64,000 nt of DNA from an uncultured Acidobacteriota bacterium (GTDB taxonomy: Bacteria > Acidobacteriota > UBA6911): NCBI GenBank assembly GCA_964586015.1, contig CAZPHK010000003.1:358-64357 (forward strand). Direction: 5' to 3'. How positions within the stretch are numbered: the first letter of the stretch is position 1; each line of letters begins with the position of its first letter. Under the pieces are notes generated by a model, which saw nothing but the letters and a program-made list of their open reading frames with translations, was not told where the DNA came from and searched no databases. Shown here one piece after another: positions 16,624 through 25,433 of the stretch. A program made the position numbers and the translations under genes.

Positions 16624-16791
16624 AAATAGAGCCCCGCCTATCCGCCGTTCGGTCCCGATCATTCCCTCACAGGATTGAGGCGGAAGATCACAGGACAAGA
16701 ACGTTCGCGCCTGCAGGACTTTTCTTTCAATCTTTCGGCTGGTATTCTTCTTTTAATTCACTTGATCCGCGTCCGAAGAAGGAGGCACAGC

Positions 16792-17757
16792 ATGGAAAAG
16801 AGACCGTTAGGCAATACCGGTTTTCATATTACCCCCATTGGATTGGGCGCATGGGCCATCGGCGGCGGCGGATGGACTTTTGCCTGGGGCCCCCAGGACG
16901 ACAGGGAATCAATCGCCACAATCCGCCACGCTGTGGACTGCGGCATCAACTGGATCGACACGGCGGCGGCTTACGGAACGGGCCATTCCGAGGAAATTGT
17001 AGCGCGCGCCGTCGCGGAAATTCCCGAGAGGCAGAAGCCTCTGATTTTTACCAAGTGCAGCCTCGTATGGGACGAGAAGCGGAACATCTCCCACAGCCTG
17101 CAGCCGGAATCGCTGCGCCGGGAAATCGAGGACAGTCTCCGCCGACTGCAGGCGGAAGCCGTCGATCTGTACCAGATCCATTGGCCCGCTTTCGGTCCCG
17201 ACGCCGGCAATCCCAAGGCCCCGGGGTTGGAAGAGGCATGGAGCACGCTTGCCGACATGAAAAAGGAAGGAAAGGTCCGGTTTATCGGCGTGTCCAATTT
17301 CAGCGTTCCGCAGATGGAGCGCATACGGTCCATTTCGCCCGTCAGCTCCCTGCAGCCTCCCTACTCCATCCTGTCGCGGGGCATCGAGGAGGAAATATTG
17401 CCCTACTGCAGGTCGCACAATATCGGCGTCATCGTGTATTCTCCCATGAAATCCGGATTGCTGACCGGAGCAATGACGCGCGAACGCGTCGCGAACTTTC
17501 CCCGGGACGACTGGCGCCGCAACAGCCCCGATTTTCAGGAACCCCGTCTGACGCAGAACCTGGAACTGGTGGAAAAACTTCGGGCCATCGGAGCCCGCCA
17601 CGGCCGGTCCCCGGCGGAGGTTGCCGTTGCCTGGACCTTGAACAATCCGGCAGTTACCGGAGCCATCGTCGGAGCGCGCCGTCCGGGCCAGGTTAACGGA
17701 TTCATCGGCGCAGCCGAATTCCGTTTGACTCCCGATGAAATCGAGGAAATCGGTTAA
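16792..17757 (+). CDS. Aldo/keto reductase
   Basis: ATG 16792 follows GAAGGAGG. MEKRPLGNTGFHITPIGLGAWAIGG and a later IDTAAAYG motif. Confidence 0.9.
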   Translation: MEKRPLGNTGFHITPIGLGAWAIGGGGWTFAWGPQDDRESIATIRHAVDCGINWIDTAAAYGTGHSEEIVARAVAEIPERQKPLIFTKCSLVWDEKRNISHSLQPESLRREIEDSLRRLQAEAVDLYQIHWPAFGPDAGNPKAPGLEEAWSTLADMKKEGKVRFIGVSNFSVPQMERIRSISPVSSLQPPYSILSRGIEEEILPYCRSHNIGVIVYSPMKSGLLTGAMTRERVANFPRDDWRRNSPDFQEPRLTQNLELVEKLRAIGARHGRSPAEVAVAWTLNNPAVTGAIVGARRPGQVNGFIGAAEFRLTPDEIEEIG

Positions 17758-17825
17758 TTGCGTATCTGCCCAAAATATTAAGAAAACCCCGAATCACAAG
17801 AAAATAATTTTCACTACATATTTTG

Positions 17826-17919
17826 CTTTCAACGTTTGTTGAAAGTGAGTATAATAATGAAACTTTTGCGGTTAAGTGATATTTTCATCGAAATTTCATC
17901 TTTCAACAATAGCTGAAAG
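17826..17919 (+). promoter_or_regulatory. Two copies of the palindrome CTTTCAAC-N4-GNTGAAAG (candidate operators) flanking a TATAAT box
   Basis: Palindromes at 17826-17845 and 17900-17919; TATAAT at 17851-17856. Immediately upstream of the wHTH gene at 17931. Confidence 0.4.
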
Positions 17920-17930
17920 GATTTCCAAGA

Positions 17931-19007
17931 ATGAAAGATTCCGATCTGCAGCTGAATATTCGGGAATTACTGTTCCAATGCCTGAAAGAAGTGCCGGCAG
18001 TGAATAATATTAATTACGGCGTTGGTGAAGCTGAATTCCCTGCAGATATAATCATGGAAGCGGCCACCGACCAGGGAACATTCCGGCTTAATGTTGGAAT
18101 CAGAAGCAACGGCCAGCCCCGCTATGCCAGGGAGGCGGTTGCCCTGTTGCGGATGCATTTGGGCCCGTCGACAGAAAACAGCTATCCGGTATTCGCCGCT
18201 CCCTTCATTTCTAAAGCGGCGGCGGAAATCTGCAGAGAGGCCGGAGCCGGGTACATGGATCTTGCGGGCAACTGCCGTCTCGCATTTAACGGCATCTATA
18301 TCGAGCGGCTGGGGCGGCCCAACCGTTTCGTTTCCAAACGTTCTCTGCGGTCCCTTTACGAAACGCGGTCTTCCCGCGTCCTGCGCGCGCTGCTGTTCGA
18401 TCCGAATCTGACGTGGAAACTGACGGACCTGAGCGAAGCCGCCGGAGTGAGCATCGGACAGGTTTTCAATGTGAAAAAAGCTCTGATCGACAGGGAATGG
18501 GCCGTTTTCGACAAAGACGGCCTGAAACCGACACAGCCGGAGCGGATACTCCTCGATTGGGGCAAACATTACTCCTGCAGCAAGAACACTCTTTTCTATT
18601 TTCGTTCACCCCAAAAACCGGAGGAACTGGAGAAAAGGCTGGCGGGCGCCTGTTCGGAAACGGGAAAACGCCATGCATTGACATCCTTTTCGGCATCGGC
18701 CCGTCTGGCATCGACCGGACGGCATACCGGAGTGTACGCCTATGTCGAGGATGATGTGAAACGCGCCGCCGGCATCCTGCAGCTCCAGCCCGCGGACTCC
18801 GATCCCAACATTGTTTTGATGCTTCCCCACGACGAAGGAGTGTTCTTTGGTATGCGGGAAACAGGGGGAATGAATGTGGTGTCTCCGATTCAGGCATACC
18901 TGGATCTTGTCGGGCTGGAGGGCAAAGGCGAAGCAGAGGCCGAAATTTTATTCCGTCAGGTGATTCAAAAAGGTTGGCAGCCCAACACCGAGCCGGCCCG
19001 GGAATAA
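17931..19007 (+). CDS. Hypothetical protein with a central winged-helix DNA-binding region
   Basis: 358 aa. SRVLRALLFDPNLTWKLTDLSEAAGVSIGQVFNVKKALIDREW looks like a wHTH. Confidence 0.6.
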   Translation: MKDSDLQLNIRELLFQCLKEVPAVNNINYGVGEAEFPADIIMEAATDQGTFRLNVGIRSNGQPRYAREAVALLRMHLGPSTENSYPVFAAPFISKAAAEICREAGAGYMDLAGNCRLAFNGIYIERLGRPNRFVSKRSLRSLYETRSSRVLRALLFDPNLTWKLTDLSEAAGVSIGQVFNVKKALIDREWAVFDKDGLKPTQPERILLDWGKHYSCSKNTLFYFRSPQKPEELEKRLAGACSETGKRHALTSFSASARLASTGRHTGVYAYVEDDVKRAAGILQLQPADSDPNIVLMLPHDEGVFFGMRETGGMNVVSPIQAYLDLVGLEGKGEAEAEILFRQVIQKGWQPNTEPARE

Positions 19008-19094
19008 CGTATTTCTTTTATGAATGGATCCTTAATTGATAATTATCTTTTTAGAGCGCACACTAACGATAACTGTCACTTTCAGGGTGAGGCG

Positions 19095-19811
19095 ATGAGA
19101 AAAGCCGCTCTTTTCTTAATAATGCTGTGTTGCGCTCTTACGGCTTTCGGAGAATTCAAGGCCAGACAAATTAAGGCAAAAAAACCCGGACAATTTCAGT
19201 GCAGAGCAACTGTTTCCGGAGTGACATATGCCGCAGACCTTCTGCTTGAGGGGAAGGATCAGGAGAAATATTTTCACGAAGCGCTCAGGCCGTTCAACTT
19301 AATTGCCGTCCGTTTGGCTGTTTTCAATGACGGGAAAGAAGAAGTTGTTCTGCCTCTGAATGATCTTCGTCTCCTCAGCGCGGAAGGCATTGAGTTTACC
19401 CGCCTAGATCCGGAAGCAGTTGCACAGGTGGTTTTAGGAGAGAACTCCATTAATGGTCCCGGAAAGGCCGGAGATTCCGGAGTTGGAATCGGGCGTGTAT
19501 CCGTTCCCAATTACGATCCCAGCAATCCCAGGAACCGCGGGATTCATCTGCCCAGGGGCCCGCTGGAAGGCCCCGATGTCGTGTTAAATCCAGGTGGAGG
19601 CGGGGGCATCGATAAAATTGAAAATGAAAGAAAACTGGCTGCAGTGGATTTCCGCAACAAAGCGCATACATCCGATCCCATTATATGCACCCTGAGCCGC
19701 GATCGATTTCTCTACTTTTCCATACCGGAAGAATCTGCAATAAAAGAGGGCATCGTCCTCATTCTGCCTGTCGGCAAGGGCATCCCGAAGGAAGTCATAC
19801 TCAAATTTTAA
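19095..19811 (+). CDS. Secreted hypothetical protein
   Basis: ATG 19095. Signal peptide MRKAALFLIMLCCALTAFG. Confidence 0.5.
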   Translation: MRKAALFLIMLCCALTAFGEFKARQIKAKKPGQFQCRATVSGVTYAADLLLEGKDQEKYFHEALRPFNLIAVRLAVFNDGKEEVVLPLNDLRLLSAEGIEFTRLDPEAVAQVVLGENSINGPGKAGDSGVGIGRVSVPNYDPSNPRNRGIHLPRGPLEGPDVVLNPGGGGGIDKIENERKLAAVDFRNKAHTSDPIICTLSRDRFLYFSIPEESAIKEGIVLILPVGKGIPKEVILKF

Positions 19812-19848
19812 CCGCTTATGTTAACCCGTATATTAAACCTACGGTTTC

Positions 19849-20712
19849 CTAATCCGTCGATCTTCGCACGCCCAGCATGACCGGCACCGGCCGGGGCGTC
19901 CCGCCTGAAGGGCTGTTGAGCGTCCGCACCGCTCCGCCGGGCGACAGGATCAGCATGATGCTGCTTCCGCCGCCATCCATGTTGATGGATTGAGTGCAGC
20001 CCTCGGACCGCAGGATTGCTGCAAGCTCGTACAGCGTTACGCCTTCGCTGAAACCGGGCCGGCGTCCGTCGACCACGACCAGCAGCAGCCACGTGCCGCT
20101 GTCGTCAAAGCCCAGCGCCGTGCGCGGATGCAGCGCGGTATCAGAAAGATCCGGGACGATCCGGGACTTCATTAGAAGCGGCGAGAACCAGTCGGACACA
20201 GCCGCTGTCGGCGATTTCCCGTCGGCCGGATTCCCGATGTGGGGTTGCCGCGCGGCATCCATCCAGAAAGGAGTTCGTCCGCTTTCAACCGGGCTGATTG
20301 TTTTTCCCTGCGACACCACCAGGCCATGGATATCCACCGGCTGTCCTTCATACCAGTGCGGGTAGGCCGAACTGTTTTCCCCTAATCCGGCAAATGCATT
20401 GGCATTGACGGCGGCCAGGGCACGATATTTTTCGAACAGCTGGAGGGGTTGTGTCAGCCGGCTCTCAGCGGGGCCGGGGCCGTCCGGATCGTCTCCGGGA
20501 AGTGCGATAACCTCCAATTCCTTGACATTGAGAGCGATTTTCAGGAAACAGATTTGCAGCGGCCGGGGATCCGTGCGGTTTTCCGTCCAGCAGACGAGCG
20601 CCCCGGGCCGTTCCGGGTACAGATCGAGGATCTCCCGGGCGTGGCTGTAGCAGCAAATCAGAAAAAAGACCGCAATACTCCCCGGAATCCACCGGGGTCT
20701 CCGCCTTATCAT
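19849..20712 (-). CDS. Phosphodiester glycosidase family protein (NAGPA-like)
   Basis: AAVNANAFAG...PRTALGFDDSG...VVVDGRRPGFSEGVTLYELA...INMDGGGSS. Start chosen at MIRRRPRW, which precedes a signal/TM segment. Confidence 0.75.
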   Translation of the reverse strand: MIRRRPRWIPGSIAVFFLICCYSHAREILDLYPERPGALVCWTENRTDPRPLQICFLKIALNVKELEVIALPGDDPDGPGPAESRLTQPLQLFEKYRALAAVNANAFAGLGENSSAYPHWYEGQPVDIHGLVVSQGKTISPVESGRTPFWMDAARQPHIGNPADGKSPTAAVSDWFSPLLMKSRIVPDLSDTALHPRTALGFDDSGTWLLLVVVDGRRPGFSEGVTLYELAAILRSEGCTQSINMDGGGSSIMLILSPGGAVRTLNSPSGGTPRPVPVMLGVRRSTD

Positions 20713-20956
20713 CCTTATATCGCCTCGATGCAGACAACAAAGTAAAATATAGACATCCAATTGGCAAGATTATAGGGACGGATGTATAGGCGCAGGAAAT
20801 TTATTCTTGGGGTATTTGATCCCCGGCTAGTTTTTCGATCGTTTTTGCCCATTCGATAACTAATTTTGTTAAAAAACGGTGCCAGTCACCAAAACTCCCA
20901 AATCTTCGAAAACCTATGCACATACTTGGTTTTGGGGAATTTGGAAGTGTTGGTAA

Positions 20957-21053
20957 AAAATGGTACCTGGTTATTAATTCACCAATTTCAATGGGGTTTT
21001 AACGCACTCACACACCCTGAAAAATTGGTGAATTAATAACCAGGTACCATTTT
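20957..21053 (-). terminator. Very long perfect hairpin (32-bp arms, 33-nt loop) followed by a T-run on the minus strand; probable terminator of the AOR operon
   Basis: Arms 20957-20988 and 21022-21053 are exact reverse complements. On the minus strand the hairpin begins 14 nt after the AOR stop and ends in TTTTTT. Confidence 0.5.
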
Positions 21054-21066
21054 AATTGCGGGGGAA

Positions 21067-23082
21067 TCAGGCAGCCCCCAGTTTCCCGCTCTTCGCCATC
21101 GTGTCCGCGACTCTCTTCAAACCGAAGTCCTCGAGGGTCTTTCGGGTCGGCCAGCCGTGTTCCTTGTCCCAGCCCTCCAGGGCATAGAAGTGGGTTTTGA
21201 AATCGTCCACGCCCTTCCGGTCCAGGTACATGTCCGAGGCCGGGTCGGAGCGCCACTTGCCGTTTTCGTAAATGGGCACCCCGCCGTAGATGGCAAAGCC
21301 CGATGCGCCCGGCCTGTACATGTACGGAAAGAAGTCTTCCGTCTGCCGGCTTCTTCCGTGCATCACGCGGATGGCGCGCGCCAGGGTCCAGATCTTCTGT
21401 CCCGTGCGCATGGTGTCGGCAAACGACTCCTTCTTTCCCGTGACGGCCTGGTAGTACCTGAGCTCCGCATCGGGAGTAACGCTGCCCAGTTCGGGCAGGA
21501 ACATTTCGCAGAACGCCATGGACTCATTCCAGAACGACGAATAGTGTCGGCTCCAGGCTACCTGTTTGGCCTTATATGGGGAATAGATACCGGTTTTCCA
21601 GGCCTCCTCTCCCTTCCACGCATAGTTGAACATCAGGATATCGTCGGTATACGGAATCGTCTTCTTCGAGAGCCTCTCCAGAGACTGCTCCAGAGTGCCC
21701 TCGCTGGGCTTGCCGACGGGCGCCATGAATCCATGCCAGGCGGGATCTCCCGCTCCGAGTATGTAGGAATACGCCCACTCCACCCACGGCATTGTCCAGT
21801 GGGTCGTAGCCCCCCATGCGGTCAGGCGCAGGGCGCAGCTGTCTCGATCGGGTTCCAGCCGTCCCCATTTTTCCGCGGCCCGGCACGTACCTTCGGCCAG
21901 AGCGTCGCCGATCCCGGTTCGGGTGGCGATTGCATCAAGCAAAGCCCGGCGAAAACTCAGCGTTCCCCATTGATCCATGGGCAGCGGCGCCGAGTCGACC
22001 TGCTTTCCGGGGCCCAGCAACCCTTCCTGTTTCAGGTACTGGAGATACCAGCCGAGGCCGGAATCCGTCGGCACCTTTCCTCTGAACAGCGCCGGCGCAC
22101 CCGGAATATCCAGAGAAAACATTTCGGCGTGGAAATGGGCCGACCAGCTGCTGAGGCCGTATTTAATCAATTCTTCGGCGGCCCGGTCCGCGGCTCCCGG
22201 TTCCCGGCTGCCGAGCCAGCCCTGGCAGGCGCACATGGTTTCACCGCCGTAATAGTTGCTTCTGCGCCGGTCGCCGCGCAGGCAGGGAGCGCAGGACGCC
22301 GCCCCGGGCTGAACCGGCATGAGATTTCCCTCCTGCATCTGGAGGAGCCGGGCATCCACGACACCCTTTGGATTCGCCACCTTCACGCCGCCGGTTCCGG
22401 TTACGCTGATGGCTTTCAGATTCTTGGCTCCGAAGACCGCCGCGTGGCCGCCGACCCGGGCACTGATCCCGCTGCCGTGAATCAGGGCGGCGAGTCTTGA
22501 CCTGGTTTCCCCGATGGGACCGATGCAGACGATCTGCGGGCGGGCGGTAGTAAAGGAGTCCCCGATTTGCTCCCATTCCTCGCCGAAGCGCGTTCTTCCG
22601 CTCACCATGGACGTGATCCGGGTCTGCGTATCCCAGGTGTCCAGACCCCAAAGTTCAGCGGCGTCTTCAATCTTCACCTGGTCGTTGATGATGTTGATCC
22701 ACACCGGCTTTTCGGCCCTGCCTTCCACCACGACTCCGTCCCAGCCGGCAAGCTTCAACGTGGTGGCGAACCGGCCGCCGAGATTGCCCCGCCAGAATTC
22801 GCAGGTGGGAAACGTTTCCGGAGACAGCCCGCAGATGCTGGTTCTTGTGGAACCGGGAACGCCGGTAGCCGCCAGAGGACCGGTCATGATGGGAAGGACA
22901 TTCCGGGGATCGTAGGGATCCTTAAGATCCCATTCGCCCGGAGCTACCGCCAGATCCCAGAAGATTGCCGTTCCTATTCCATAGCCGCCCCCGAATTCCT
23001 CGTATTTAGCGGTGTCGATGGTGCTGATGCTTTTATTCGAGAGGTTAATCCTCAGAATTTTTCCCGTATATCCGCCTGTCAT
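21067..23082 (-). CDS. aor: Aldehyde:ferredoxin oxidoreductase (AOR) family tungsto/molybdopterin enzyme
   Basis: 671 aa. The N-terminus GYTGKILRINLSNKSISTIDTAKYEEFGGGYGIGTAIFWD is typical of the AOR family. Confidence 0.9.
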   Translation of the reverse strand: MTGGYTGKILRINLSNKSISTIDTAKYEEFGGGYGIGTAIFWDLAVAPGEWDLKDPYDPRNVLPIMTGPLAATGVPGSTRTSICGLSPETFPTCEFWRGNLGGRFATTLKLAGWDGVVVEGRAEKPVWINIINDQVKIEDAAELWGLDTWDTQTRITSMVSGRTRFGEEWEQIGDSFTTARPQIVCIGPIGETRSRLAALIHGSGISARVGGHAAVFGAKNLKAISVTGTGGVKVANPKGVVDARLLQMQEGNLMPVQPGAASCAPCLRGDRRRSNYYGGETMCACQGWLGSREPGAADRAAEELIKYGLSSWSAHFHAEMFSLDIPGAPALFRGKVPTDSGLGWYLQYLKQEGLLGPGKQVDSAPLPMDQWGTLSFRRALLDAIATRTGIGDALAEGTCRAAEKWGRLEPDRDSCALRLTAWGATTHWTMPWVEWAYSYILGAGDPAWHGFMAPVGKPSEGTLEQSLERLSKKTIPYTDDILMFNYAWKGEEAWKTGIYSPYKAKQVAWSRHYSSFWNESMAFCEMFLPELGSVTPDAELRYYQAVTGKKESFADTMRTGQKIWTLARAIRVMHGRSRQTEDFFPYMYRPGASGFAIYGGVPIYENGKWRSDPASDMYLDRKGVDDFKTHFYALEGWDKEHGWPTRKTLEDFGLKRVADTMAKSGKLGAA

Positions 23083-23094
23083 GGTGCTCCCCCT

Positions 23095-23832
23095 TTATTC
23101 CTCAGATTGTTCCTTAAGGGACTCTAAAATAAATTTCGGTTTCTGCTTCGGCATCGCAGCCAGGCTCACGTCATAGCCCGATACGTCCGTCTGCGAAGGA
23201 GCTTTTTTCACGAGAGAAAGCGCTTTTGCCGGGCAGACGCTTACGCATGCCTGTTGTCCGTCCGGACCTCCCTCCCGGCTCCAGTAGGGCGAGTCGACGC
23301 ACAGGTCGCATTTTGTGGATTTGTTCTTTGCCGGGTCCCAGACCGTCCGGTGCGGTCTCTGCGGGCAGGAGCGGATGCATGTCCGGCATCCGATGCATTT
23401 TTCCTGGTCGATCCTGCGGACATTGCCGTTCGCCTCGTCTACATGGCAGGCGCCCGTGGGACAATTCTGCACACACAACGGTGTGACGCACTGCCGGCAT
23501 ACCGACATGACGATGTCATAGGGATACTTGGTAAAAGATGGAGCGTCGCGGATTATCTGTATGCGTGAAAGCGAGGGGTTCGCTTCCCCTTCATGGACCA
23601 TCGAGCAGGCAAACATGCAGCTCTGGCAGCCGAGGCACAGCCTGCTGTCATAGACGATGTAGCCTTCCGATGATTTGTATGAAACCTTTGCCGCCGGCGC
23701 CGGGGCCGCACCGGCCGGGGCCGGGGCAATTGCCGTCAGGGCGCCCGCCGCAATCGCGGTTCCGCCGCCGAGCAGAAAATCGCGCCGTAAAACTTTTTTC
23801 CTGTTGTCTTCGCCTTTTTTAGATCTGGACAT
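23095..23832 (-). CDS. 4Fe-4S dicluster ferredoxin-like subunit with a twin-arginine (Tat) signal
   Basis: RRDFLLGGGTAIAAGALTAIAPAPAGA. Several CxxCxxCxxxCP clusters (CLGCQSCMFAC, CIGCRTCIRSCP). Lies 12 nt upstream of aor. Confidence 0.85.
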   Translation of the reverse strand: MSRSKKGEDNRKKVLRRDFLLGGGTAIAAGALTAIAPAPAGAAPAPAAKVSYKSSEGYIVYDSRLCLGCQSCMFACSMVHEGEANPSLSRIQIIRDAPSFTKYPYDIVMSVCRQCVTPLCVQNCPTGACHVDEANGNVRRIDQEKCIGCRTCIRSCPQRPHRTVWDPAKNKSTKCDLCVDSPYWSREGGPDGQQACVSVCPAKALSLVKKAPSQTDVSGYDVSLAAMPKQKPKFILESLKEQSEE

Positions 23833-24112
23833 GGTGGGATCTCCTTCTTATCGCTGTCTCTTTAGATTAAACCATATTCCGCAAGAATCATTATAAAAAT
23901 TGAAGGCCGCCGGGATTTGTATCCATTTAAAACGGGTCGACAACTTTTGGACGGCAATGTTGTCCGGGCCGTCGTTGTTGAAACCTTGTGAGAAATGCGG
24001 ATTCAAGCATTCATCTTGAAATTTGGAGCGTTGGGGATAAACTGATTGCTGTGTTTTTATGAATTTTGCGGCTTCGGCCGCAAAGTTCAGTGTCAGGTAA
24101 GGAGTCGGACCA

Positions 24113-25324
24113 TTGAAAAGTCAGGCGGAAACTCCAGGATCGAACTGGTTGAAGCGTTTGTTGAATTACACTTTTCTGATCGCCGCCGTCGCTGTCGCAA
24201 CCTGGTTTTTTCTTGAAAGCAAACAAGAGGCGGCGCCGGCGCCGGACGGAGGCGGGCCGTCTGCAAAGATGCAGATGGAAGTCCCCCTTGTACGGGTTCA
24301 GGAAGTTATTGAAAAGAAAATCACACCCACAAGGGAATATATCGGGCGGGTGGAAGCCATCAATTCCGTGGACCTGGTTGCCCGGGTATCCGGATATCTG
24401 GAGTCCATTCAATTTATCGAAGGCCGTCATGTAAAAGCCGGGGACCTGATGTTCACCATTGAAAAAGACAGGTTCCAGGCCGAAATAGAATCCCGCAAAG
24501 GCACCGTTTCCCAGATCGAAGCCAACATTGTCGAAGCCGAAAAGTACCTGCGGCGACTGCAGTCGGCAAGCCGGGAAAGCGTTCCCGAAAAAGACATTGA
24601 AGCCGCACAGAGAAACGTGGACTTCTACAGGGCCCAGCTTGTTTCGGCCAAAGCCAACCTGGATCTGGCCGAATTGGATCTGGAATACACCACCGTCCTG
24701 GCGCCCATGTCGGGCCGGGTGACGAAAAAAAATTATTCCGTCGGCGACTACGTCGGAGCGAACACCGGCACCATTGTTTCAATCGTCCAGTTCGATCCGA
24801 TCCGGGTGGTATGCTCCCTGAGTGAAGTCGAGTACCTGAACCTGATGGAGCAGTCCGGATCCTCTCCTGAAAAAATATTCCGGCCGGCATTGCGTCTGCC
24901 CAACGGCAAAGTATACCCGGGTAAAGGCAGTTGGGATTTTGCCGACACGGCCATAGACCATTCCACCGGGACAATTTCCCTCAGATCGAGATACTCCAAT
25001 CCCGAAGGCCTGCTGATACCGGGAGGCTACGTAACCGTCGTCCTTACCTCAACCAAAGGGGAGACCCTCCCCCTGGTTCCACAGGCGGCCGTGAACGAAA
25101 ATAAGGAAGGCAGCTTCGTCTACGTAGTGGGAGAAGACAATATCGCCGAGATGCGCCCCATCAAGAAAGGTTCGGTTCTCGGGACGGACTGGATTGTTGA
25201 AGACGGAATCCATGCCGGCGAAACCGTAATCGTCGAAGGCGTTCAAAAAGTGAGTCCCGGACAGCCTGTCAAAATACAGAACAACGGCGTGGATACGACT
25301 CCGGCAGCAGAAGGGAAGTCCTAG
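24113..25324 (+). CDS. RND efflux pump periplasmic adaptor (MFP)
   Basis: TTG start after AAGGAG. An N-terminal TM segment followed by barrel-sandwich/coiled-coil hairpin sequence typical of the HlyD/AcrA family. Confidence 0.85.
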   Translation: MKSQAETPGSNWLKRLLNYTFLIAAVAVATWFFLESKQEAAPAPDGGGPSAKMQMEVPLVRVQEVIEKKITPTREYIGRVEAINSVDLVARVSGYLESIQFIEGRHVKAGDLMFTIEKDRFQAEIESRKGTVSQIEANIVEAEKYLRRLQSASRESVPEKDIEAAQRNVDFYRAQLVSAKANLDLAELDLEYTTVLAPMSGRVTKKNYSVGDYVGANTGTIVSIVQFDPIRVVCSLSEVEYLNLMEQSGSSPEKIFRPALRLPNGKVYPGKGSWDFADTAIDHSTGTISLRSRYSNPEGLLIPGGYVTVVLTSTKGETLPLVPQAAVNENKEGSFVYVVGEDNIAEMRPIKKGSVLGTDWIVEDGIHAGETVIVEGVQKVSPGQPVKIQNNGVDTTPAAEGKS

Positions 25325-25433
25325 CGTTCCGTCTCCGTTGAACGGGGGACGGGAAATCCCGTTTCAGAACAGCCCCGGAAATTCTTTTATACTTTCAGAG
25401 GGCCTGAAACCGTACTTTTAGGTTTATACATAT

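Noticed and set aside
16851-17696. 281-aa alternative-frame ORF and 230-aa antisense ORF
   Set aside because: They overlap the aldo/keto reductase gene, whose frame carries clear family motifs. The alternative-frame and antisense products carry none.
21157-22500. 447-aa plus-strand ORF
   Set aside because: It lies entirely inside and antisense to the well-supported AOR gene. The composition is Arg/Gly/Pro-rich and of low information.
23833-24112. Sigma-54 promoters upstream of the RND, XDH-like and receiver genes, searched because a TGGCAC-N5-TTGCA site exists at 44860
   Set aside because: Only poor matches were found (for example tggggataaactgattgc, with wrong GG-GC spacing). None is worth calling.
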